A DNA stretch of 64,000 bases. It comes from an uncultured Gammaproteobacteria bacterium. Lineage in GTDB: Bacteria > Patescibacteriota > Patescibacteriia > Magasanikbacterales > UBA922. The stretch's first letter is position 1. Every line of letters starts with the position of its first letter. The position numbers were made by a program, and so were the translations under genes. This document shows, in pieces, positions 38,196 to 48,286 of this stretch. The notes below the pieces were generated by a model, which made no database searches, was not told the DNA's origin, and saw nothing but the letters and a program-made list of their open reading frames with translations. The stretch spans positions 93,790 to 157,789 of the forward strand of contig CAYUTO010000004.1 in assembly GCA_964447765.1 (NCBI GenBank), in the 5' to 3' direction.

Positions 38196-38918
38196 CTAAA
38201 TAAATTCAATCTCATTCTCTTCAAGTCTTCGAATACCCACATCATTTACTCGTTCTTCATAGATATGAGCAAGAAGCCCCTGGATTCTTCCCATAAGAAA
38301 AATCATATTACCGATTTTTGCATCCACACCCATATCACACAGAATCGCTGCAAGTGCACCATCGACATTAAGTGGAAGGGGTTTTGAAGAAACTGCATTT
38401 AGTTCTTTTTGAACTACACCAGCAAATTTACAATATTTTCCAAGAATCTTTTGTCTTTTAGCAATATCAAATAAAGTGATTGAACGTGGATCCACTTTAG
38501 TAAATACTTTATGTCCAAACCCAGGCAATCTCACTTTTCTCTCTTTCAAATCTTTAATCTTAAATCTTAAATCTTTTTCCCCTACATTATCATAAAAAAA
38601 CTTCATTGCAGCTTCAACTGCCATACCATGTCGTTCACCGAATCCAAGGATTCCTGCAGCAAGCGATGCATGCACGGGGTTTCCAGCTGAAGCAGAAATA
38701 CGCGCATTAAGAGTGGACGTTGTTCCAGGCCCATGATCAATAACACTGATCAATAGCGCATTAAACATTATTTCTTCATTCTTTTTTGGCAATCGGTTAA
38801 ACAATAATAAAAAAATAGTCGAAACAAATGATTGTTTTTTTATCAAAGACTCAAGAGACTTGCCTCGAATAATTTCTTTATCATCTTTGATCTGAGTAAT
38901 TGACGTTTTAATTTTCAT
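38196..38918 (-). CDS. Citryl-CoA lyase (citrate-synthase-like C-terminal domain of ATP-citrate lyase, stand-alone)
   Basis: Citrate synthase signature GFGHKVFTKVDPR; LNVDG and GRIQGLLAHIYEE motifs align with the ACLY C-terminal domain. Confidence 0.6.
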   Translation of the reverse strand: MKIKTSITQIKDDKEIIRGKSLESLIKKQSFVSTIFLLLFNRLPKKNEEIMFNALLISVIDHGPGTTSTLNARISASAGNPVHASLAAGILGFGERHGMAVEAAMKFFYDNVGEKDLRFKIKDLKERKVRLPGFGHKVFTKVDPRSITLFDIAKRQKILGKYCKFAGVVQKELNAVSSKPLPLNVDGALAAILCDMGVDAKIGNMIFLMGRIQGLLAHIYEERVNDVGIRRLEENEIEFI

Positions 38919-38927
38919 ACAAATAAA

Positions 38928-39824
38928 TTATATCGAAGGTTTAATCAAATTAACCAATTCTTCATAGGTATCTGCAATCATAACGCCAACTTCTTTAAGC
39001 GCACCTTCTTTTTCAAGCGCACCTTTCCCCCGTTCAACAATCGCTCCAGCATGACCCACATTCATTCCCTCAGGAAGAATACTTGCAAACTTACCTCCGA
39101 TATATATTGCGAGTGGTTTGGTATAACCTTTTCTATTAATCAAATCAACGATTTCAAATTCATACGACCCCCCATGCTCACCAAAAATAATTACCACTTT
39201 GGTTTGAACATCAGCCTCAAACAAGGTAAGCAAGTCAGCGTAGGTAGTACCCATCAGCAAATCTCCACCCACATGCACCGCGCTACTTTGACCTAGCCCT
39301 GCTTTCCGTACCTGCCACGAGAGCTCATTGGTCATACCGCCTGAACGGGAAATAATTCCAACAGGGCCTGGAGTAAAAATCTGATCTGCTTGTAATTTTG
39401 GTCCCCCTACTACTCCAATACGCCCCACCCCAGGAGTAATATACCCAAGAGAACTTGGTCCGATAATTCTAATATTTTTTTCTTTTGCAGCAGCGAGGCA
39501 ATATGCTGTATCCTTAATCGGAATACGTTCAACAATTGCATTAATCTGTGGAATCCCTGCTTCAATCCCTTCAAGAATTGCGGCCTTCGCCGCAAATGGA
39601 GGAACAAAAACAGTAGTAACTGAGATATCAGGATGCGTTGCGAGGGCTTCGGAAATATTATTAAAAACAGGAACACCGTCTACCAATTCTCCACCTTTGC
39701 CAGGACGAACACCACCAACTACATTAGTTCCGTACTCTCTCATCGCAGCAGATGCCTTCTGCCCCTCTTTTCCCGTAATCCCTTGAACCAATACTTTAGT
39801 TGTAGACGTAAGTAGTATTCCCAT
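38928..39824 (-). CDS. Succinyl-CoA-synthetase-alpha-like subunit (CoA-binding + CoA-ligase domains; citryl-CoA synthetase/ACL alpha N-terminal part)
   Basis: Rossmann CoA-binding VQGITGKEG and phospho-histidine loop GHAGAIV. Confidence 0.75.
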   Translation of the reverse strand: MGILLTSTTKVLVQGITGKEGQKASAAMREYGTNVVGGVRPGKGGELVDGVPVFNNISEALATHPDISVTTVFVPPFAAKAAILEGIEAGIPQINAIVERIPIKDTAYCLAAAKEKNIRIIGPSSLGYITPGVGRIGVVGGPKLQADQIFTPGPVGIISRSGGMTNELSWQVRKAGLGQSSAVHVGGDLLMGTTYADLLTLFEADVQTKVVIIFGEHGGSYEFEIVDLINRKGYTKPLAIYIGGKFASILPEGMNVGHAGAIVERGKGALEKEGALKEVGVMIADTYEELVNLIKPSI

Positions 39825-39860
39825 ATCTCTTAAATTTGTATTTATCTTTTACCTTCTTTG

Positions 39861-40799
39861 CTACCATCTACCAGAAGCTCCCCCACCACCTGATGACCCT
39901 CCTCCAAACCCACCAAAACCTCCACTTGATTTTCCACTTCCCCCACCAAAACTACCTCCTCCAAACCCACCACTTCGAGGAGGCCAATTATTTTTTCTAT
40001 CTTTTTTTTGTTGCAAAGCTTTTTGCCTAAATTTCTGGAATTCTGGTGATCGAGATACCGCCCAATCGACAACTGCGCCAAATATAGTACCCAACACACC
40101 ACCAATAAAGGCACTTCCTACGATCAAACCCATAAGTGACCCAAACACACCTCCCACAATACCTCCAGCAACAAATGATTTTGATTTGGAAAGCTCGAGT
40201 ACCACTTGAGAAAATATTGCAAAGCCAATAAAACCTACAATTGAAAGAATAATCAAGGCTCCAATCCAGCCCATTACTCCATCGTCATAGGGTGCAATCT
40301 CTGAAGAATACTCCCCTTCTACTGCAGCAACGATCGCAATAGTCGCCTCATCTATTCCTTCACTATAGTTATTCTCCTTAAATGCAGGAATAAGAATATT
40401 ATCGATAATCTGAGAAGATTCGATATCAGTTAGCGCACCTTCGAGCCCATATCCCACCTCAATTCGTACTTCCCGCTCATTAGGCGCAATCAACAGCAGT
40501 ACACCATTATCCTGCTTTGCCTTACCTACTTTCCAATACTCAAATAGCTCGAGAGCATATTCCTCGATAGTAAGGTCTTCAAGAGATGACACAGTAGCCA
40601 CCGAAATCTCGCTCGTAGAAGTCGCTTCAAGCGCACTAAGACGCGCAGTGATGCGCGCCTCAATAGTATCATCGATGATATTAGCTTGGTCTACGACAAA
40701 TCCTGCTGGTGCGGGATACGTCGGAGCTGCATTGGCAGAAGAAAACCATGCGAAGGATAAGAAAATAATAAATGCAAAAGCATATACAATCCGTCGCAT
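39861..40799 (-). CDS. TPM-domain protein (TLP18.3/Psb32/MOLO-1 phosphatase family) with TM helix and Gly-rich tail
   Basis: TPM domain pattern, downstream TM, GGFGGG repeats at the C-terminus; partner of adjacent LemA. Confidence 0.7.
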   Translation of the reverse strand: MRRIVYAFAFIIFLSFAWFSSANAAPTYPAPAGFVVDQANIIDDTIEARITARLSALEATSTSEISVATVSSLEDLTIEEYALELFEYWKVGKAKQDNGVLLLIAPNEREVRIEVGYGLEGALTDIESSQIIDNILIPAFKENNYSEGIDEATIAIVAAVEGEYSSEIAPYDDGVMGWIGALIILSIVGFIGFAIFSQVVLELSKSKSFVAGGIVGGVFGSLMGLIVGSAFIGGVLGTIFGAVVDWAVSRSPEFQKFRQKALQQKKDRKNNWPPRSGGFGGGSFGGGSGKSSGGFGGFGGGSSGGGGASGRW

Positions 40800-40810
40800 A
40801 GGAGAATAGG

Positions 40811-41407
40811 TTATGAACCGATATTAAATTCAACTTTTGGAGCAGTATTTGCACCTTCAGCAGCTTCAAATAAGAGACGTTCTTTATCAAATCCAAACAA
40901 TGAGACAAAGAATACACCAGGAATTCCCTTAGCTTTTACATTGTACGTTCGCACGACTTCATTGTAGCGCATACGCTCAGTTGCAATTCTGTTTTCAGTT
41001 CCTTCAAGTGAAGTCTGTAATGCCATGAAATTTTCATTTGATTTCAAAACAGGGTAATTTTCAGCAACAGCCATCAAGCGAGAAAGCGCTGAAGACAACT
41101 CACCTTGCGCCGCTTGAAATTGCTGGAATAATTGAGGATTACTTAATACCTCTGGAGTTATAGTCAATTGACCTACTTTTGCACGAGCATCCGCAACTCC
41201 CACAAATACCGCCTGTTCTTGTTTTGCAACGGCCTGCACAGTAGAAACCAAATTTGGAATGAGATCATAGCGTCTCTGGTACTGATTCTCTACCTGAGCC
41301 CACGCAGTCGACACGTCTTCGTTCAAACCAACAAACGAGTTATACGTACCCACAAGCCACATTACGATAACCACGAGGATTCCTCCCCCAATAAGCCATG
41401 ACTTCAT
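40811..41407 (-). CDS. LemA family protein
   Basis: N-terminal TM helix + LemA pattern (NSFVGLNEDV...QVENQYQRRYDLIPNLV). Confidence 0.8.
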   Translation of the reverse strand: MKSWLIGGGILVVIVMWLVGTYNSFVGLNEDVSTAWAQVENQYQRRYDLIPNLVSTVQAVAKQEQAVFVGVADARAKVGQLTITPEVLSNPQLFQQFQAAQGELSSALSRLMAVAENYPVLKSNENFMALQTSLEGTENRIATERMRYNEVVRTYNVKAKGIPGVFFVSLFGFDKERLLFEAAEGANTAPKVEFNIGS

Positions 41408-41551
41408 ACAAAGAAGATAAGAATAAAAATATAAATTACTTGACTATATACTATACCATTCATCCAATTTTTGCCAGTTTTCAGGTCTAATCTTGTAAAA
41501 ATGAAAAAAAAATGATATAACTGTGCCATATATTGTTTAATTATATCTTTT

Positions 41552-41914
41552 ATGATGACGAAGCGTTACCACTGGATTTTCGACGCAGAAAATATACCAA
41601 ATGATGTGGGAACTAACACCGTATTGGTCGAAAAAGCCCTGAGAGATATCGCCGGGTTATGTGGTATGACCATTGTAGGCGGACCACTCGTACTCAAAGG
41701 AGTACCTGAAAATCCTGGTGTTACAGGAATTTGCGTGGTTGATTTTTCTCACATATCAATACACACCTTCTCAAATCCAGGCGAAGCATGTATTGATGTG
41801 TTCTCTTGCAAACCTTTTGATCCGGAACTCATCCACGACTATCTCAAAAAAACATTTCAAGTAACGGACGAAGATGCGGTATACGTTGAAGTAAAATACC
41901 CGGGCGAAAAATAA
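41552..41914 (+). CDS. speH: S-adenosylmethionine decarboxylase proenzyme (class 1 SpeH/SpeD type)
   Basis: Pyruvoyl-forming FSHISIHTF serine motif, about 120 aa. Confidence 0.7.
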   Translation: MMTKRYHWIFDAENIPNDVGTNTVLVEKALRDIAGLCGMTIVGGPLVLKGVPENPGVTGICVVDFSHISIHTFSNPGEACIDVFSCKPFDPELIHDYLKKTFQVTDEDAVYVEVKYPGEK

Positions 41915-41915
41915 T

Positions 41916-43061
41916 CTAGACAACCATAGTCGCAAGAATACCAGCTGTTTCAGACATGCTGGTTTCTTTTCCAAATAATTTCATATTGAGATTATTCCGT
42001 TCTGCGCACTCACGCATTAATTCCATTCCCTCTACTTCATAAGGACCAGCTCGACGTACCACGATTGGATATGTCGGTTTTATCTGATCAAGAGCATCTA
42101 CAATTCCATTAAACGTTTCTTGCACATTAGTAAAATTTGCGACCCCACCTGCAATCCACAAACCTTTTAGTCCTGGCTTTGATAATACGATTTTTGCCAA
42201 ATCTCTCACTTTTTCTCGAGGGGGATTCCCTGAATATTCGGTATAATTTGCAGGCTTCAATCCAGTTTTGATAAGCGCATCCATATTTGCAATACTCGCT
42301 CCCCCGCCTGAAAATAAAATCGCAATATCCCCATCCATCTCAATATATTTTCCCGCAGTACCTCGATAATAATCCTCACCAGCATCAATTGCCGTAACTT
42401 CTTTTTCTCTATCAGTTGGCAATCTTCCCATCATAGTGCGCGCTTCAAAATTTTTCCATGTTTCATGGCGATAAAATGCATCGTCATCAAGTGCTACTTT
42501 TGCGTCAGCAGCAATCCACTTGTTACTAGTAGTTTTGACCAATGGATTAATTTCCACTTGGCGTGCATCTTCCACTAGAAAACAATTCCATAATTCCTGT
42601 GCAAACGGAATATCAGCAAAATCTAATTTCTCATTTCGTATATCGAGCCTTTCTTTTCGAATATCTTTTTCCCCTACCTCCTCAATATCTACTCCACCCT
42701 TTGTAGAATAAACTAAAACAGGCTGGCGAATCTGACTATCATAACTGATCGACAAATAATGTTCTTCTGCAATTGCCAATTTTTCTTCAATTCGAATAGC
42801 TGCAACATATTGCCCTCGGACCTGCATCTGAAATATCTCTTCACATGCATGCACTACCTCTTCGACTGAAAAACAAAATCGTATCGCATTATTTTTACCC
42901 CGTTTCCCGGATAATACTTGAGCTTTTACTACAACTTCTTCTACCCCGAGTGCGGTATACGCATCGAGAACATTCTCTCCACGACGGACCACAATACCTT
43001 TGGGTACTGCAATTCCATGTGTTGCAAATAATTCTTTTCCTTCAAATTCATAGAGATTCAT
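41916..43061 (-). CDS. Succinyl-CoA-synthetase-beta-like ATP-grasp subunit (citryl-CoA synthetase/ACL beta)
   Basis: ATP-grasp N-terminus (MNLYEFEGKELF...KAQVLSGKRGK) and CoA-ligase C-terminal domain. Confidence 0.7.
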   Translation of the reverse strand: MNLYEFEGKELFATHGIAVPKGIVVRRGENVLDAYTALGVEEVVVKAQVLSGKRGKNNAIRFCFSVEEVVHACEEIFQMQVRGQYVAAIRIEEKLAIAEEHYLSISYDSQIRQPVLVYSTKGGVDIEEVGEKDIRKERLDIRNEKLDFADIPFAQELWNCFLVEDARQVEINPLVKTTSNKWIAADAKVALDDDAFYRHETWKNFEARTMMGRLPTDREKEVTAIDAGEDYYRGTAGKYIEMDGDIAILFSGGGASIANMDALIKTGLKPANYTEYSGNPPREKVRDLAKIVLSKPGLKGLWIAGGVANFTNVQETFNGIVDALDQIKPTYPIVVRRAGPYEVEGMELMRECAERNNLNMKLFGKETSMSETAGILATMVV

Positions 43062-43066
43062 AATGA

Positions 43067-43711
43067 TTAATTAAAATCAGCAGACTCAATAATAACGATC
43101 CGCTCTCCACTTACCGGCTGATCAAATTCTAGTCTTACTGCCGCAAGAGCAAGAGCACCCGCCTGATAGGTCGCTTTCGATCCATACTTGTGATCCCCAA
43201 CAAGAGGATGTCCGATATGCGCAAATTGTGATCGAATCTGATGTGAACGACCAGTTTTGAGCTCAATCTCAATTATCGTATTTTTGTCTTTCGATCCAAT
43301 AACTTTATACGACAACTCCGCCATTTTTGCATCCCCACGTGGAGTATCATACACCGCCACAAAATTTCTTTCAGCATCTTTCAAAAGATAGTTAACCAGA
43401 GTGCCTGTATTTTTCTCGAATTTCCCTTCTACTAATGCATGGTATATTTTTTTCACCGTATGCATTCGGAATTGTTCGCTCAATCTAGAAGCTCCCTTGC
43501 TTGTTTTACCAAAAATAACGATCCCTGCTACAGGACGGTCAAGCCTATGAATAAGCCCAAGAAAAACTGCACCTGGTTTCTGGTATTTTTCTTTCAGATA
43601 CTCTTTGACCATATCCATAAGACTTACGTCCCCCGATTCATCCCCCTGCACCGGAGTACGAGCTTCTTTCCATACCGCAATTACATGATTGTCTTCGTAG
43701 AGAACTTTCAT
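43067..43711 (-). CDS. RluA-family pseudouridine synthase
   Basis: Catalytic HRLDRPVAGIVIFGKT motif. Confidence 0.8.
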   Translation of the reverse strand: MKVLYEDNHVIAVWKEARTPVQGDESGDVSLMDMVKEYLKEKYQKPGAVFLGLIHRLDRPVAGIVIFGKTSKGASRLSEQFRMHTVKKIYHALVEGKFEKNTGTLVNYLLKDAERNFVAVYDTPRGDAKMAELSYKVIGSKDKNTIIEIELKTGRSHQIRSQFAHIGHPLVGDHKYGSKATYQAGALALAAVRLEFDQPVSGERIVIIESADFN

Positions 43712-43714
43712 ACA

Positions 43715-44590
43715 TTATACAGAGCTCCAGCGTGAGAATATTCCACACGGCAATAATTTTTCTGATTTTGATTCTTCAATTGCTAATTCTCCTTTTTCAA
43801 AACTCCCACCAAATTTGTGTAACAATTGCTTTAGATTATTTTCATACGCGATTGATGAATATCCTGACGCATAACCATTAATCAGAAAAAATACCGGTTT
43901 GTCTGATACAATCTCAGTACACAATTTCAAAAGCTCAGGTAAATGATCTTCAATTTTCCATAATTCTTTTTTCGGCCCATGACCAAATGCAGGAGGATCA
44001 AGCAAAATTCCCTCATACTTATTTCCACGTTTAATTTCCCGTTTTACAAATGTTCGCGCATCATCAAGAATCCAACGTATTGGCTTGTCTTCTAGTCCTG
44101 AAGCATGTGCATTATCTTTCCCCCACTGGATTGCGACTTTTGACCCATCAACATGTACGACCGATGCTCCAGCCTGAGCAGCAGCGAGCGAAGCGCCTCC
44201 GGTATACCCAAATAAATTCAATACGCTCACCGGTCTCTGTGCTGCAGTAATTTTTTCTCGCATCCAATCCCAATTCGGAAGCTGCTCAGGAAAAAGACCT
44301 GTATGTTTAAAAGACGTTGGGCGAATCCACAATTTCAAATTCCCAAATTCGATTTGCCAACGCTCAGGTATATTTCCTTTCAAATTCCAATCACCTTTTT
44401 TACCATCACGATTAAACGAAGCTTGGGCTTTATTCCACTCCTGAATATCACGACTCTTCATCCAGAGCGCCTGTGGATCGGGTCTTCGAAACACCACTTT
44501 TCCGTATCGTTCCAGCTTTTCTCCAACTCCACTATCCAAAAGCTCGTAATCTTTCGAAGGTTTAGTGATTGCAAGTGTAATATCTGACAT
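43715..44590 (-). CDS. Class I SAM-dependent (rRNA) methyltransferase, RlmI/YccW-like
   Basis: Motif I LNLFGYTGGASL and LLDPPAFG motif IV. Confidence 0.65.
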   Translation of the reverse strand: MSDITLAITKPSKDYELLDSGVGEKLERYGKVVFRRPDPQALWMKSRDIQEWNKAQASFNRDGKKGDWNLKGNIPERWQIEFGNLKLWIRPTSFKHTGLFPEQLPNWDWMREKITAAQRPVSVLNLFGYTGGASLAAAQAGASVVHVDGSKVAIQWGKDNAHASGLEDKPIRWILDDARTFVKREIKRGNKYEGILLDPPAFGHGPKKELWKIEDHLPELLKLCTEIVSDKPVFFLINGYASGYSSIAYENNLKQLLHKFGGSFEKGELAIEESKSEKLLPCGIFSRWSSV

Positions 44591-44597
44591 AATAATG

Positions 44598-44942
44598 TTA
44601 ATTCAATTCCATTCTAAATTCATATCCGAACTTTTCAAACCCTTTCCGTACATACCACGCATGAACCTCTTCTCGTTCAGTCCGGGACGTTGCAAGAATC
44701 TTATAGCATCCGCGTTCAGTCGCGAGTTTAATCGCTTCAGTAAGAAGAGTATTTCCCACACCCTTACTCCGCTCACTTACAATCACACACAAATCCTCAA
44801 AAAGTGCATACGGCTGATCATGTAAATCATTGGTAATAAAAAATACATATACATGCCCCACTTCAACTCCCATAGTCCCAGTCAATGAAACCCGCACACC
44901 AAGTGTATTCACCTCTGCATACGAAACTTGATACTCCTGCAT
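44598..44942 (-). CDS. GNAT family N-acetyltransferase
   Basis: Acetyl-CoA binding motif VSERSKGVGNTLL. Confidence 0.7.
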   Translation of the reverse strand: MQEYQVSYAEVNTLGVRVSLTGTMGVEVGHVYVFFITNDLHDQPYALFEDLCVIVSERSKGVGNTLLTEAIKLATERGCYKILATSRTEREEVHAWYVRKGFEKFGYEFRMELN

Positions 44943-44943
44943 A

Positions 44944-45903
44944 TTAGCTTTGTTTCAGATAATCATGAATTAACTGTCCAAGAACCGTAGGATCAAGTCC
45001 GCCCTGAGGAAGCTCAAACGGTGCTGAGATTATAGGCACCGATACTTTTTCGGTATCAATACGTATCCTTTTCCATCCTTTTTCTTGGTAATACTCTTGC
45101 TGTCTCGAATCAAGCTCATGAGTATTAGAAATTACCATATCCACCTCTCGAGGTAAATAGGTATGTAGTATATCAATAATATCACTTGTACACGTAGGCC
45201 CGGTCTCACCATTTCCCTCAATTGCATTCCCTGAGACAAAAATAATCGAAGCTTTACTCTCTTGAAGAACTTCCTTCATTCCCCGAGGTAAAAGGGTTGC
45301 AATAATACTCGTATAAAAACTACCCGGACCAATAATAATCACATCAGCAGTAAGAATCTCACGTTGTGCACGTTCATACATATCTACACCAGGTTCGAGC
45401 CAGGCACGCGTGATCGTAATTGAGCGGTCCCACTGTGGCCGATCAATTTCATGTTCACTTTTTACAATAACTCCATCAGTCAATTCCACACAGAGATCTG
45501 TTTGATTGAGTGTAACGGGAAATACTGGTCCAACTGCGTCAACAGCTTGAGCCAGCGCTCGAATTGCATCAATAATCCCACCATTATATTTTTCCACCAA
45601 AGCAAGAAAAAGATGTCCAATTCCAAATCCTTGCAATTTTCCATGCTCGGAATATCTCGTATCATAAAAAATACGTTTGAGCATATCATACTCATACGTA
45701 CTCATCGCAAGAACTGCCCGTAAAATATCACCTGGTGGTAGAACTCCTAATTCTTGACGCAATTTTCCACTTGAACTTCCGGAATCGCTCATGGCAATAA
45801 TTGCAGAAATCGAATACTGATCGGAAAATTGTTTCATTGCGCGAATAGAAATTGATCCACCATTTCCTCCACCAATAATTACTACTTTTTTCTTTTGTTC
45901 CAT
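44944..45903 (-). CDS. YvcK/CofD-family gluconeogenesis factor (UPF0052)
   Basis: VVIIGGGNGGS N-terminus and GPGSFYTSIIATLLP motif. Confidence 0.75.
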   Translation of the reverse strand: MEQKKKVVIIGGGNGGSISIRAMKQFSDQYSISAIIAMSDSGSSSGKLRQELGVLPPGDILRAVLAMSTYEYDMLKRIFYDTRYSEHGKLQGFGIGHLFLALVEKYNGGIIDAIRALAQAVDAVGPVFPVTLNQTDLCVELTDGVIVKSEHEIDRPQWDRSITITRAWLEPGVDMYERAQREILTADVIIIGPGSFYTSIIATLLPRGMKEVLQESKASIIFVSGNAIEGNGETGPTCTSDIIDILHTYLPREVDMVISNTHELDSRQQEYYQEKGWKRIRIDTEKVSVPIISAPFELPQGGLDPTVLGQLIHDYLKQS

Positions 45904-45904
45904 A

Positions 45905-46357
45905 TTATGAAAATAACAAACGATTCAACGTATCGTCATATAAATCTTTACATACATATATTGCGGCAGGATGAGCTGCCCCTCTAATCAATATTGAGGA
46001 CATCCCAGCTGTAGTAGCTCCTTCAATCCCACTCACCGAATCTTCAATTACTACACAGTCCTGCACATCAACCCCCAAATTTTCAGACACTCGTAAAAAC
46101 ATGTCTGGTGCAGGCTTACCAATATAGTCTACCTGATCAATCCCTACAATCGTGTCAAAATACTGAAGCAAATCATTCTTCTCCAATCGCTCAATAATTG
46201 AAACATTCGATGTATTTGATGCAATTCCTAATGGTATTCCCGAACTATGCAGCTTATAGATCAACTCTCGCGCATCGTCATAGACTTTTCTCCCATGAAC
46301 AATCGTTCCTTCAAAATCAAAAATTACCGCCTTAAATTTTAAATTAGATTGATTCAT
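45905..46357 (-). CDS. HAD-superfamily hydrolase (short)
   Basis: Motif I DFEGT and C-terminal Asp pair (VIEDSVSG). Confidence 0.55.
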   Translation of the reverse strand: MNQSNLKFKAVIFDFEGTIVHGRKVYDDARELIYKLHSSGIPLGIASNTSNVSIIERLEKNDLLQYFDTIVGIDQVDYIGKPAPDMFLRVSENLGVDVQDCVVIEDSVSGIEGATTAGMSSILIRGAAHPAAIYVCKDLYDDTLNRLLFS

Positions 46358-46380
46358 ACATCCGTACTAATCCGTTAAAT

Positions 46381-46401
46381 CCCTGCCTACCGGCAGGCAA
46401 G
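46381..46401 (-). terminator. Palindromic element cctgcctaccggcaggcaagc (one-mismatch variant of the CCTGCCGGCAGG element) downstream of glmS
   Basis: GC-rich inverted repeat in an intergenic gap. Confidence 0.5.
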
Positions 46402-46425
46402 CGTATCATCTGTTTTCTATTCAAC

Positions 46426-48273
46426 CTACTCTACCGTAACACTTTTTGCCAAATTTCTCGGACGATCCACATCTCGCCCCAGCGCCACTGCAATTTCATA
46501 AGCAAAAATCTGAAGCGGAAGTGTATTCACGAGTGGTTGCAACAATTCCATAGTTTCAGGAACATAGATTACGTCATCAGCAAGCGCTTTCGCAGATTCA
46601 TCTCCCTCTGTTGCAATCAAGAGTAGACGAGCTCCTCGCGCGCGAACCTCTTCAACATTGCTTCTCATTTTTTCATACAGCTGATCCTTGGTCATAATAG
46701 CCACCACCGGAAAATCTTTAGTCAAAAGTGCAATCGGACCATGTTTCATTTCCCCACCCTGATATCCTTCACTATGAATATACGCAATTTCTTTAAGTTT
46801 GAGGGAACCTTCGAGCGCAATCGGATAATTGATACCTCGTCCCAAAAAATACATGTTATGATAATCTTTGTACGAAAGCGCTAATTGCTTAATTTTCTCT
46901 CTGGTTTCAAGAACCGCATTCATTTTGCGAGGTACTTCGAGCAATGCTTTGAGTACTCGCTGTCCAGTAGCAGGTGTCAGCCGTTTGAGTCGACCAAACT
47001 GAAGTGCGTAGAGTGTAAGAATCGCAACCATATTCGTATACGCTTTGGTAGAAGCCACTGCAAGCTCAGGGCCCGCATGAATATATGTTCCCCCATCGGT
47101 TTCGCGAGAAATTGTTGACCCAACCACATTTACAATTCCACGAACAAACGCGCCTTTTCGTTTTGCTTCACGAAGTGCGGCAAGTGTATCTGCAGTTTCT
47201 CCCGATTGTGAAATTCCAAACACCAATGTTTCGTTATCAATGATTGGATCACGATATCGAAATTCGCTTGCCACATCAACTTCAGTTGGAATTCCAGCTA
47301 AGCGTTCAAACGCATATTTGCCTGCCATTCCAGCATACGACGCAGTACCACAGGCAATCAGAATAATACGTTTAACACTTCGCATCTGAGCTTCAGTCAT
47401 ATTGAGTCCTCCGAGTCGCGCTGTGCCTTCGTCGAGATCATATCGTCCACGAATCGCGTCTTCAAAAACAGTCGGCTGATCAAAAATTTCTTTGATCATA
47501 AAATGTGGATACCCGCTCGTCTGCGCTTCTGCCTCACTCCACTCAATCGTCGTTACTTCTTTTTCCACATGTGTATGAGTCTTTGAAAAAGTCTCAAATG
47601 AATCTTTTGAAATAACGGCAACTTCTCCATCATCAAGAAATACCATATCAGAAGTATAAGGCAATAATGGCGTCGCATCGCTTGCAACAAAATGTTCTCC
47701 TTTTCCCACTCCAATTACCAAGGGACTTCCCATACGTGCGGCCACAATCATGTCTGGGTGGTCAGCGTGAATAGCAACAAGTCCATACGTGCCTCGTACG
47801 CGCTTGAGTGCTGCCTCCACAGCAGATACAAGATTTCCAGAGTAGAGAGATCCAATAAGATGCGCCAATACTTCAGTATCTGTCTCAGAAACAAATTGGA
47901 ATCCTTTTTTCTCAAGCTCAATCTTTAACTCTCGGTAATTTTCAATAATTCCATTATGACAAATCGCAAGTTTACCATCGAGTGACACATGCGGATGCGC
48001 ATTTTCTTCTGTCACTCCCCCATGAGTTGCCCATCGCGTATGCGCGATACCGACAGTACTTGTTAAATCAAAATCTTTCACTTTTTCAGCAAGCTTATCA
48101 ATCTTACCTACCGATCTAACACGAATAAGCTCAAAGGAATCTCTCTCAATCTTTTGACTTTTGAGGACGGCTATGCCGGCCGAATCATACCCACGATATT
48201 CAAGTCGACGTAATCCTTGAACAAGTACAGGCAGTACCTCCTTTTTTCCAATGTATCCAATTATTCCGCACAT
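46426..48273 (-). CDS. glmS: Glutamine--fructose-6-phosphate aminotransferase
   Basis: N-terminal MCGIIGY Ntn amidotransferase start and two SIS domains. Confidence 0.9.
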   Translation of the reverse strand: MCGIIGYIGKKEVLPVLVQGLRRLEYRGYDSAGIAVLKSQKIERDSFELIRVRSVGKIDKLAEKVKDFDLTSTVGIAHTRWATHGGVTEENAHPHVSLDGKLAICHNGIIENYRELKIELEKKGFQFVSETDTEVLAHLIGSLYSGNLVSAVEAALKRVRGTYGLVAIHADHPDMIVAARMGSPLVIGVGKGEHFVASDATPLLPYTSDMVFLDDGEVAVISKDSFETFSKTHTHVEKEVTTIEWSEAEAQTSGYPHFMIKEIFDQPTVFEDAIRGRYDLDEGTARLGGLNMTEAQMRSVKRIILIACGTASYAGMAGKYAFERLAGIPTEVDVASEFRYRDPIIDNETLVFGISQSGETADTLAALREAKRKGAFVRGIVNVVGSTISRETDGGTYIHAGPELAVASTKAYTNMVAILTLYALQFGRLKRLTPATGQRVLKALLEVPRKMNAVLETREKIKQLALSYKDYHNMYFLGRGINYPIALEGSLKLKEIAYIHSEGYQGGEMKHGPIALLTKDFPVVAIMTKDQLYEKMRSNVEEVRARGARLLLIATEGDESAKALADDVIYVPETMELLQPLVNTLPLQIFAYEIAVALGRDVDRPRNLAKSVTVE

Positions 48274-48286
48274 ACAAAATAAGAAA

